This document shows, in pieces, positions 55,253-63,036 of a stretch of 64,000 nt of DNA. A program made the translations under genes and the position numbers. The stretch's first letter is position 1. Every line of letters starts with the position of its first letter. Source of the DNA: Candidatus Pyrohabitans jungbluthii (GTDB taxonomy: Archaea; Hydrothermarchaeota; Hydrothermarchaeia; Hydrothermarchaeales; BMS3B); assembly GCA_002010065.2 (NCBI GenBank), contig MTMD02000001.1, positions 77,692 to 141,691 of the forward strand, given 5' to 3'. The notes under the pieces were generated by a model that saw nothing but the letters and a program-made list of their open reading frames with translations, was not told the origin of the DNA and searched no databases.

Positions 55253-56322
55253 TCCGCCCTGAGGAAGTAGGTGCTCTCCCCGGAGGTGTCTATTTTATTC
55301 ACAGAGGCAAACTCGGCACCAAGCTCCTCTCCGCTCAGATTGCTCGCCGCGTTCAGCATCTCCTCCACTTGCTTATACTCGTGCTCAAGGAAAAGCTTGG
55401 CTATCTTCGCCATAGCTCTGTAAAAGTCCATCTCCACTATCTCTTCGCTCTTGTATTTCTCAACGTCGCGCACGTCGCCATGATACTTGAGCGCTATGCC
55501 CACCTTGAACTCGTCGGTGGCTACATCGTCGAAGAGGTAGGGCAGCCAGAGAATCATATGCTCATGGATGAACTTCTTCTGGCGCTCCAAAGCGAGGAGT
55601 GCCTTTTCCCTGTCGCCAGCTTTCCACGCTTCTATCTCATCCTCCAGCAGGCGGAAGGCAAACTCAAGCTCAAGTTTGGCTTCGTCCGGCGGGAGGTTTC
55701 CGCGTGATTTATCAAGAATATAACCTGCCTCACGGTACAGGTTCTTAACCTCAGCCGTCAAATCGCCCATTATCTGCTTCTCGCTTCTATACACAGACTC
55801 GTGCCCCGAGATGTATGGCATGAGGTCGTCGTCGAAAATTGTAAACCGCTCCGCCTCAAGCTCACGCCGGAACTTCTTTGGCTTCATGTCAGCGAAGGCG
55901 TTACGGAATCGCTCAAGCGCCTGGAAGTGCTCCTCAAGCAGGTTCTCAGGGATAATCTTACCTAGAGCGGAGCGGAGCTTTTCCATGTACTCCCCGCTCA
56001 GAATCTCCTCTGCCAGAGCAGGAGAAATCTCTGTAAAAGCGCGGAAAATCTGGAAGTATGCGTCTCGCCTGGCAACGGCGAGCTCAACATAACTCTTCGC
56101 ATCGTGAGGCGTCGCAGGAGTGCGCTGAATGTTGGGCTTCCTATTCTCTACTAAAGCGATCCAGTGGTCTTTATCTTTAATATTCATGGAGTGAATCCAG
56201 AACAGATAGTTATACTTCTTGAGCAGATTCTTCCAGTCCTTTGCCAATTCGGGATCAAAGTACCACTTTACGTAATCGTTCCTCTCAAATATATCCTTGG
56301 GCTCTCTCGGCAAGGTTAACAC
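55249..56322 (-). CDS. TorD/DmsD-family molybdoenzyme maturation chaperone with N-terminal extension
   Basis: HESVYR, LYREAG, LPPDEAKLELEF, QKKFIHEHMILWLP, FYRAMA. Confidence 0.8.
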   Translation of the reverse strand: MLTLPREPKDIFERNDYVKWYFDPELAKDWKNLLKKYNYLFWIHSMNIKDKDHWIALVENRKPNIQRTPATPHDAKSYVELAVARRDAYFQIFRAFTEISPALAEEILSGEYMEKLRSALGKIIPENLLEEHFQALERFRNAFADMKPKKFRRELEAERFTIFDDDLMPYISGHESVYRSEKQIMGDLTAEVKNLYREAGYILDKSRGNLPPDEAKLELEFAFRLLEDEIEAWKAGDREKALLALERQKKFIHEHMILWLPYLFDDVATDEFKVGIALKYHGDVRDVEKYKSEEIVEMDFYRAMAKIAKLFLEHEYKQVEEMLNAASNLSGEELGAEFASVNKIDTSGESTYFLRAE

Positions 56323-56367
56323 CTCTTCTCAAATTATAAACTAAAAACGAGGGAAAGGAAAACTGAA

Positions 56368-57204
56368 TCAGTGCCTCTCCTCTGGCGCAGGGAATGGGAA
56401 GTCATCTCCGGGTAAAGCATAGTATACAGAGCCCACACGTATAATACGCCTGTTCTCTGCCTTCTTTTCAATGACCTTCTTCACATCCTTGTAGTACCCG
56501 AAGGTCATGGCTTCGGTGGAGCACTTGGTTGCACAGGCACTCCACAAACCCTCGTAGGTAATGCTCTCAACCCCACGACCAACCTCTGCAAGCTTCTTCC
56601 CAGATAGGGGTTCGCCCTTCTCATCGACGAGCCTGCCCTTGTTGTCCCGCTTTATGTTGCCAACCTCATCCGCCACTGGCAGGCGTACCTCTCCGCCATG
56701 CTTGTATGTATAGCGGTAGATCTTCTGAAGCTCTTCTTTAGTGTAAGTCCTGCGATAGTCCACACGCTGCATGCAGAAGTTGCACTTTACCACTCTGCCA
56801 GTGCGGGAATCGTACTGGGGGGCGCCATAGGGGCAGGCTTGCATGCAGCGCTTGCAGCCTATGCAAGCCTCGCTGTCCACAAAGACAATGCCATCCTTGG
56901 CGCGCTTCTGCATTGCTCCGGTCGGGCATGCCTCGACACAGGGCGCGGGGTTGCAGTGGTAGCACAGCATGGGGATATAGAGGGTCTTAACCCTGCCGAG
57001 TACCTTCCTTGGTCCAACCTGGATAACGCGTATAAGACGGGGACCCATGCTCAGGTCATGTTCAAGTTTGCATGAAGTTTCACAGGAAAAGCAGCCTATA
57101 CAGCGCTTTAAATCGATAAGCATAACAACAGTATTATCACTCGGCTCACGCTGGTCAACCTCGTACATGCTAAAAGCTTCGTCAAAAACCTCTACGCTGA
57201 CCAT
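56368..57204 (-). CDS. 4x[4Fe-4S] electron-transfer subunit (DmsB/PsrB-like), copy 2, with internal insertion
   Basis: CIGCFSCETSC, CYHCNPAPCVEACP, CIGCKRCMQACP, KCNFC...(long insert)...ACATKC. Confidence 0.93.
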   Translation of the reverse strand: MVSVEVFDEAFSMYEVDQREPSDNTVVMLIDLKRCIGCFSCETSCKLEHDLSMGPRLIRVIQVGPRKVLGRVKTLYIPMLCYHCNPAPCVEACPTGAMQKRAKDGIVFVDSEACIGCKRCMQACPYGAPQYDSRTGRVVKCNFCMQRVDYRRTYTKEELQKIYRYTYKHGGEVRLPVADEVGNIKRDNKGRLVDEKGEPLSGKKLAEVGRGVESITYEGLWSACATKCSTEAMTFGYYKDVKKVIEKKAENRRIIRVGSVYYALPGDDFPFPAPEERH

Positions 57205-57476
57205 TACTCCTTCCTCCTGGGTTTAAGCATATCCTCCGGCAGAACATTGTGACGTTCGGGATAAGCTGAAGCCGGGGAGACCATTATCTCATCCTTATCT
57301 CCCCAGAAATAAGCATACACAGTCTCAAGGGCACGAATCTCTCTCACAGCGGTAAGACCATACTTCCAGTTGGGATTCTTGATAAAACTCTTCTTAATTT
57401 CGGGAGGAACAACACCTTCAAGAGCCTTCTTCTGAGCCTCGTCAAGCTCTCCACGATAACCCTTCGTTTTTGCCAA
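57204..57476 (-). CDS. Small protein homologous to the C-terminal tail of Fe-S subunit copy 1
   Basis: GGAGG ribosome site then TTG. VREIRA...FWGDK...SPASAYPER...P...LKP aligns with FREKDA...FNDK...SPAYSFPER...P...LKP. Confidence 0.72.
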   Translation of the reverse strand: MAKTKGYRGELDEAQKKALEGVVPPEIKKSFIKNPNWKYGLTAVREIRALETVYAYFWGDKDEIMVSPASAYPERHNVLPEDMLKPRRKE

Positions 57477-57505
57477 TTTAGTATCCTCCTGTTGTGAAAA
57501 GTAAA

Positions 57506-57543
57506 CAAAAATCAAAAACAAAAGGGTAGGGGAAAGCCCCTAC
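57506..57543 (-). terminator. Intra-operon hairpin plus U-rich terminator/attenuator
   Basis: Minus strand GTAGGGG-CTTT-CCCCTAC-CCTTTTGTTTTTGATTTTT. Confidence 0.65.
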
Positions 57544-58325
57544 TTCTGCTGCTTCAGGAACACCGGCTTTGTCACTTCGGTTACGCGCTCAGGCAGCTTG
57601 CCCGGCTTGAGGCGTATCCTGGGTATGAAAAGCGCGCGCTCCGGGAAGGAGTACGCCGGCGAGGTGAGCAGATCGGTGTCTGCCTTGTCGTTGAAGAACA
57701 CTCTCGCGAGGCGGATCGCGTCCTTCTCGCGGAAGTAGGTCATTATGTCGGCGGGGTTGCCGATGTACAGGCAGTGAGTGGAGCACTTGGTCACACAGGC
57801 TGGCTGCAGACCCTTGTCGATGCGGTGCATGCAGTAGTCGCACTTTATTACCTTGCCGGTGCGGGAATCCCACTGGGGCGCACCGAATGGGCAAGCCTGC
57901 ATGCAGCGCTTGCAACCTATGCACTTCTCGCTGTCTACGAAGACAATACCGTCCTTGGCGCGCTTTGTCATTGCTCCAGTCGGGCACGCCTCAACGCACG
58001 CTGCGTGGCCGCACATGAAGCAGTTCATGGGTATGTACATTGCCTTGGTGTGGCGACCCACCTTCTTGGGCCCCACCTGGATGACGCGCATCCTGCGCGG
58101 ACCCATGGGGTCGTCATGCTCCAGCTTGCACGCGGTCTCGCAGGCGAAGCAGCCTATGCAGCGCTTGAGGTCAACAAACATGGTAATGTGGTCTGGGGGG
58201 ATACCCCAGACGCGGGCAGCCTGAACCTCGTAGAGACCAATCTTCTCGTTCCTCTGCAGACCTTGTCGAGCGGTCTCCTGATCAAGGTTGAGAAGGGGAC
58301 CCTTGTCTGAGAATACCTCATCCAT
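57540..58325 (-). CDS. 4x[4Fe-4S] electron-transfer subunit (DmsB/PsrB-like), copy 1
   Basis: CIGCFACETAC, CFMCGHAACVEACP, CIGCKRCMQACP, KCDYC..PACVTKC. GAGGTGA ribosome site. Confidence 0.94.
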   Translation of the reverse strand: MDEVFSDKGPLLNLDQETARQGLQRNEKIGLYEVQAARVWGIPPDHITMFVDLKRCIGCFACETACKLEHDDPMGPRRMRVIQVGPKKVGRHTKAMYIPMNCFMCGHAACVEACPTGAMTKRAKDGIVFVDSEKCIGCKRCMQACPFGAPQWDSRTGKVIKCDYCMHRIDKGLQPACVTKCSTHCLYIGNPADIMTYFREKDAIRLARVFFNDKADTDLLTSPAYSFPERALFIPRIRLKPGKLPERVTEVTKPVFLKQQK

Positions 58326-58335
58326 CTTAATCACC

Positions 58336-60831
58336 TCACTTGGTCTCCCACTTCTCACGCGGCACGCCTACATAGTAAATGCCGCTGCCCTTCTGGATGA
58401 ACCTGGTGTAGGTACCCAGGTTGACAGTGGGCTCCTTCTCTGGGTCGAGGTAGTCCTTGGGTGTGCGCTTGACCTTGGCAAGGAACTCCTTGGTCTTCTC
58501 CACAGCCTTGTCAGGATCGTCGCCCAGGCGGTACACTCTGACGAGGTTGCACTTGTATTGAGCCTGGGTGTAGAATGGATCCTTCACAGTGTCGTCCACG
58601 AGTTCATTAATGTTGCTGTACGGATAGAAGGGCTGATACTTGTCGAAGCCTTCTGGACCCCAGACCTCGCCCTCGTCAACCATCTCGTTGACCCAGGCGG
58701 GGCCGATCACCTTGCCGTAGTCGTTCTCGCACACCACAGTGTCACCGTCGCGTATTCCGAGGGCCTTCGCAAGCTCGGTGTGGATGTTTATGAACCTGTG
58801 AGGCTCAAGCTCAACCATCCACGGCCACCAGTGACCCATCTCGTGGAAGTGCGCCACAAGGCGGCCGGTGCAGAGGATGAGCGGGTACTTTTCCCACAGG
58901 TCAGGCCTTGCAACTGGAGCATTGCTGGGCTCGATGTGTATGGGCAGTGGATACCAGCCGATCTGCTCCAGAGCCTGAGAGTATATCTCCACCTTGCCGC
59001 TCGGTGTTGGGAAGCGCTTGTCTGTGCCTGGGTAGTTCACACCCTCCTTGTACATTATCCACTGAGCACCGCGTATCGTCGCCTCGGGGTCGGAGTACAT
59101 CATGGCCTCGTCCTTGGTCTCGGCAGGCCACATCACACCGCCCTTCGGGGACATCTCGGGATCCATGAGCTCTACGGTTATACCGGCAACAAAGCTCTCC
59201 TGGGAGTGGAACCAGTTCTGGCACACGCGCTCGTCGATCTCGTGGGTGGTGCCCGGATACTTGGGATCCTCAGGCAAGGGGTTGCCGAACACGTCCTTCT
59301 TCGCCCACCAACTCTTGCCATCAGGAGCATAATACGCCTCGGCGAACTCGAAGCGCTTGGCTAAGCCCGCCCAGAAGTCTATATCGGCGCGGCACTCCCA
59401 CTGGCGCTCTATAATCTGGTTGTGCCACTGCACGTGGCGGTTGTTGCCGTGGTGGACAACGCCTTCATGCTCGAAGAAGCTGGTTATCGGGAACGCGGCG
59501 TGCATCCAGCTCATGGTCTCGTTGGGATGGAAGCTCAGGTGTACACCGCAGTACAGGTTCTTCATGTACTCGCGAACCTTGTTGTTGTTTGGCCACTGCA
59601 CTATGTGGTTTCCATTCCAGATGAGACCCTTAACAGGGTAGGGCTTGCCGGTGTAGCCGGGGTTAATTGTGCACGCGCTTGAGGTGTCGCCCCACGGGAT
59701 TATCTTGTCAGCAAGCTGGGGCTCCTTTATCTTCGCAACGTACTCCTTCAGGTCCTTACCAGCGCTGAGCACTGGGCGGCAGTTGTGGAGCCAGTTCCAG
59801 CCTCCTCCCTTAACGCCCACGTTACCGGTTATTGCGACGAGTATCTGGTAGGCGGCATTGCCATTACCAGCGTTGTACTGCTGCGCAGTACCTAAGCAAC
59901 CAGTGAAGTGGGTCCTCCTCGGGTAGGCGATCCACTCAGCGGCTTTGCGTATGTCCTCAGCCGGCACCCAGGTGATGTTCTCAGCCTTCTCAGGTGTATA
60001 GTCCTTCACGAGCTCGGCGTACTTCTCAAATCCCACGGTCCAGCGCTCAATGAAGTCCTTGTCAATTCCATCAATCTCGTATATGAGCACGTGGGCGAGC
60101 GCATTCGCCAGGTAAGCATCAGTGGTCGGGCGCAGGCGTAGCGCCAGGTCAGCCTTAGCCATGGTGGCGTTAAAGCGCGGGTCTATGACTATCATCTTGG
60201 CGCCGTTGCGATCCTGGGCCTCGATGAACCACTTCATGGTTATTACTTCCAGCGCCGCAGCGTTGGCACCGGAGATGAATATGGTGTCGCTGTTCATGGC
60301 ATCCTGACAGGGGTTCATCAGGCGCAGGAACTCCTTGGCGCCGAATACATACTGACCCCTCGCCCCAGGTGACTCACAGCAAAGTGGACCCTGACCGTAG
60401 ATGTTCGGGGTACCGTACATGGCAAGGAATCTTGAGCCACCAAGCTTGTTACCGTAGCTGCTCCTTCCTGTGCGGTGGCACGCTACGGTGTGGGCACCCC
60501 ACTTCTCACGGATGTACTTCAGGCGGTCTGCGACGAAGTCGAGAGCTTCGTCCCAGGTGACGCGCCTGAACTTGCCGTTTACGTTGTCCTCTCTAATAAC
60601 AGGATACTTGGCGCGCAGGGGGTTATATGCATGCTGGTAGTTAGCCGTTCCCTTCGGGCAAAGAGAGCCGTAGTTCTGTGGATGCTCGTCGTCACCCCAG
60701 ATGTCGACTATTCTGCCATCCTTGAGGTACACCTTCATCCCGCAACCGCTTTCGCACATGTTGTCGCAGGTGGTGTACCTGATGGTATCGTAGTCCTTTA
60801 CGGACTCCGACACTCTCCTCAATACTACCAC
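58336..60831 (-). CDS. Mo/W-bisPGD (DMSO-reductase family) oxidoreductase catalytic subunit, no Tat signal
   Basis: CDNMCESGC...LCPKG, TWDEALD, GPLCCESP, VIDPR, RPTTD, FPTPSGKVEI, YPLILCTGR..HFH. Confidence 0.94.
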   Translation of the reverse strand: MVVLRRVSESVKDYDTIRYTTCDNMCESGCGMKVYLKDGRIVDIWGDDEHPQNYGSLCPKGTANYQHAYNPLRAKYPVIREDNVNGKFRRVTWDEALDFVADRLKYIREKWGAHTVACHRTGRSSYGNKLGGSRFLAMYGTPNIYGQGPLCCESPGARGQYVFGAKEFLRLMNPCQDAMNSDTIFISGANAAALEVITMKWFIEAQDRNGAKMIVIDPRFNATMAKADLALRLRPTTDAYLANALAHVLIYEIDGIDKDFIERWTVGFEKYAELVKDYTPEKAENITWVPAEDIRKAAEWIAYPRRTHFTGCLGTAQQYNAGNGNAAYQILVAITGNVGVKGGGWNWLHNCRPVLSAGKDLKEYVAKIKEPQLADKIIPWGDTSSACTINPGYTGKPYPVKGLIWNGNHIVQWPNNNKVREYMKNLYCGVHLSFHPNETMSWMHAAFPITSFFEHEGVVHHGNNRHVQWHNQIIERQWECRADIDFWAGLAKRFEFAEAYYAPDGKSWWAKKDVFGNPLPEDPKYPGTTHEIDERVCQNWFHSQESFVAGITVELMDPEMSPKGGVMWPAETKDEAMMYSDPEATIRGAQWIMYKEGVNYPGTDKRFPTPSGKVEIYSQALEQIGWYPLPIHIEPSNAPVARPDLWEKYPLILCTGRLVAHFHEMGHWWPWMVELEPHRFINIHTELAKALGIRDGDTVVCENDYGKVIGPAWVNEMVDEGEVWGPEGFDKYQPFYPYSNINELVDDTVKDPFYTQAQYKCNLVRVYRLGDDPDKAVEKTKEFLAKVKRTPKDYLDPEKEPTVNLGTYTRFIQKGSGIYYVGVPREKWETK

Positions 60832-60929
60832 TTTTTCACCTCCAACCTTTCCGTTGTTACCTTACTGCGTGGGCTTGTAAAAACTACCCCACGCGACTTC
60901 GCTGTAACCTCTTATTGATTAATACTTCA

Positions 60930-60948
60930 CCCTATATATACTTTTTTA
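60930..60948. promoter_or_regulatory. Divergent promoter between the oxidoreductase operon and mobA-moeA
   Basis: Minus strand AAAAAAG-TATATATA (BRE+TATA). The TATA core is palindromic. Confidence 0.55.
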
Positions 60949-60960
60949 TCCGGGGCGAAA

Positions 60961-61593
60961 TTGAGCATGAAAATGCACAACCGTAATGAAAAAATGCGAT
61001 GCACCGCGGTTATACTCGCCGGCGGGCAAAGCAGGAGGATGGGAAGAGACAAGAGGTTTTTAACACTTGAGGGGGAAAGCTTTATTGAACGCATGCTCAG
61101 GCTCGCATCAGGCTTTGCCCGGGAGGTTATCATATCCCTTGCCACTGAGGAGCAGACATCGCAGATAAGCGCTGTGGGTAATTTCAAGGTGGTGCTGGAC
61201 GAAAACCCTGGAGAAGGCCCTGCTTATGCGCTAATTTCAGCCGCCAGGCATGCGAGTTATGAGTACCTTGCTGTCATGCCAGTAGATTCCCCTCTGCTTG
61301 AACCCGAGGTATACCGCCTCCTTATGCGAGAGGTTAAAGGTTACGATGCTGCTGTGCCCGTGGTGAATCGCATGCCCGAGCCTCTGCATGCCGTCTACTC
61401 GAGGCAAGGCCTCCTCGCACGCGCCTCAGAGGCAGAGCCTGGAAGTATGCATGCACTTCTAAGCCTGCTCAATGTTAACTTTGTGGAGGAAGAGAAGCTC
61501 CGCATCGCTGACCCTGAGATGCTGAGCTTTCTTAACATAAATACGCCTGAGGACTACAAAAAGCTCAGAGAAAGGGTGGAAACATGCAAGTGA
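60961..61593 (+). CDS. mobA: Molybdenum cofactor guanylyltransferase (start uncertain, 60967 or 60994)
   Basis: VILAGGQSRRMGRDK, GP, VDSP, PEPLHAVY, NINTPED. Confidence 0.94.
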   Translation: MSMKMHNRNEKMRCTAVILAGGQSRRMGRDKRFLTLEGESFIERMLRLASGFAREVIISLATEEQTSQISAVGNFKVVLDENPGEGPAYALISAARHASYEYLAVMPVDSPLLEPEVYRLLMREVKGYDAAVPVVNRMPEPLHAVYSRQGLLARASEAEPGSMHALLSLLNVNFVEEEKLRIADPEMLSFLNINTPEDYKKLRERVETCK

Positions 61594-62855
61594 GAGGTAA
61601 GGGTTTTTACCGCCTTACCCCCGTAGGTGAGGCGCTGGAGAAGCTGCTTTCAGGGATTCGCGTAATGGGAGAGGAGGAGGTTCTTCTCGAGGAAGCGCTT
61701 GGTAGAGTGCTCGCTCGTGATGTTGTAGCGGAGAGGGACAATCCACCCTTCGACCGCGCTGCAATGGATGGCTTTGCGGTGCGGGGGGAGAACACCTTCG
61801 GCGCAGGTCAGGCAAACCCTATATATTTTAGAATTATAGGAGAGGTACTCACAGGGCAGAGCTTTAACGGCGAGGTAAGTGACTTCGAGGCGGTGCGGAT
61901 AACCACCGGCGCACCTTTACCCCGAGGTGCAGACGCTGTAGTGATGCTGGAGCATGTGAATGAACTTGGCGGCGAGATTGAAGTAATTAAAGCGGTACCC
62001 CCTGGCAAAAACGTCTCACTGCGTGGAGAAGATTATAAAAAGGGTGAGGTACTCTTGAAGCGCGGGCGAGTGCTAAACCCTCAGGAAATCGCGATTCTCG
62101 CCTCGCTGGGAATGCGCAGGGTTAAGGTTTTTCGCAAGCCGAGGGTGGGGATAATCTCAACTGGCGACGAAATTAAAGAGCCTGGTGAAGAGTTGAAAGA
62201 AGGGCAGGTTTATGATACCAACAGCTTTGCTCTGGCTGCGCTTTGCAGGGCAACTGGCGCAGAGGCAAGCCGCCTGGGAGTTGTGAAGGATGAGTATGAG
62301 GCAATGAAGCATGCGGTAGAAGCCGGGTTAGGCTACGACGTCCTGCTGATAAGCGGCGCAACCTCCGTTGGTAAGCGTGACGTGGTGCCTGAGATAGTGC
62401 GCGAACTTGGTGAAGTTGTGGTGCACGGCGTGGCCATGCGCCCCGGCGAACCTACAGGCTTTGGTTACGTAGGCGATACCCTGGTATTCATGCTTCCCGG
62501 CTACCCGGTGGCTAGCATAGTTGCCTTTGAAACCTTTGTGCGCCCAGCGCTTCAGGTGATGCAGGGGCTTTCGCCTGCGATACCCTACCCCGCGATAAAA
62601 GCAAGGCTGCGCAGGAAGATACCCTCCGAGCTGGGCAGGCGGGATTTTGTTCGTGTTAAGGTGGAGCACACACCGCGAGGTTATGAGGCTGAGCCAGTGC
62701 GTACCTCGGGCTCTGGGATAGTCTCAAGCCTGGTGCGTGCAGATGGCTTTGTTATTGTGCCAGAAAACACCGAAGGTATAGAGAAGGGCGAGATCGTTGA
62801 AGTGAGGCTTTTCAGAGGCTTGAGTGAGCAGAAAAACAATCTTGCCGCAACCTGA
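61584..62855 (+). CDS. moeA: Molybdopterin molybdotransferase MoeA
   Basis: PPFDRAAMDGFAV, ITTGAPLP.GADAVVM.E, STGDE, PGEP, LPGYP. Confidence 0.96.
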   Translation: MQVRGKGFYRLTPVGEALEKLLSGIRVMGEEEVLLEEALGRVLARDVVAERDNPPFDRAAMDGFAVRGENTFGAGQANPIYFRIIGEVLTGQSFNGEVSDFEAVRITTGAPLPRGADAVVMLEHVNELGGEIEVIKAVPPGKNVSLRGEDYKKGEVLLKRGRVLNPQEIAILASLGMRRVKVFRKPRVGIISTGDEIKEPGEELKEGQVYDTNSFALAALCRATGAEASRLGVVKDEYEAMKHAVEAGLGYDVLLISGATSVGKRDVVPEIVRELGEVVVHGVAMRPGEPTGFGYVGDTLVFMLPGYPVASIVAFETFVRPALQVMQGLSPAIPYPAIKARLRRKIPSELGRRDFVRVKVEHTPRGYEAEPVRTSGSGIVSSLVRADGFVIVPENTEGIEKGEIVEVRLFRGLSEQKNNLAAT

Positions 62856-62922
62856 ATCAGTCACTGCAATAAATAGTAAAGAAGAACGAGTAGGAAGCGG
62901 GAAAAAGGCACTGATTCAGGTT
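62849..62922. repeat. 13-bp perfect inverted repeat enclosing a 48-nt purine-rich spacer
   Basis: AACCTGAATCAGT (62849-62861) and ACTGATTCAGGTT (62910-62922). Confidence 0.6.
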
Positions 62923-63036
62923 CATGATTAACTAGGACCCATTCCGTCTTTCATTTTCTGATATAATTTCTGAAAAATAAAATTTTTAAGTTCGGGGTAA
63001 TTACTTTGATTTGTGAATTATTAAATGGTGAGTTAA

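Noticed and set aside
56363-56375. 13-nt inverted match to 62907-62919 (CTGAATCAGTGCC) that could bound the Mo locus
   Set aside because: It overlaps a coding 3' end and would cut the operon in the middle. Matches this short can occur by chance in 64 kb.
58288-59364. 358-aa + strand ORF, and similar long antisense ORFs (12761..13492, 40533..41210, 49516..50190)
   Set aside because: They lie antisense to well-supported genes with biased codon use and carry no motifs.
58336-60831. Selenocysteine or intein in the Mo enzyme
   Set aside because: The ORF is uninterrupted, has no in-frame TGA and no intein motifs, and has a normal length.
60832-60910. Moco/Wco riboswitch
   Set aside because: Only GGAAAGG resembles it. 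The leader is too short and lacks the multi-stem junction.
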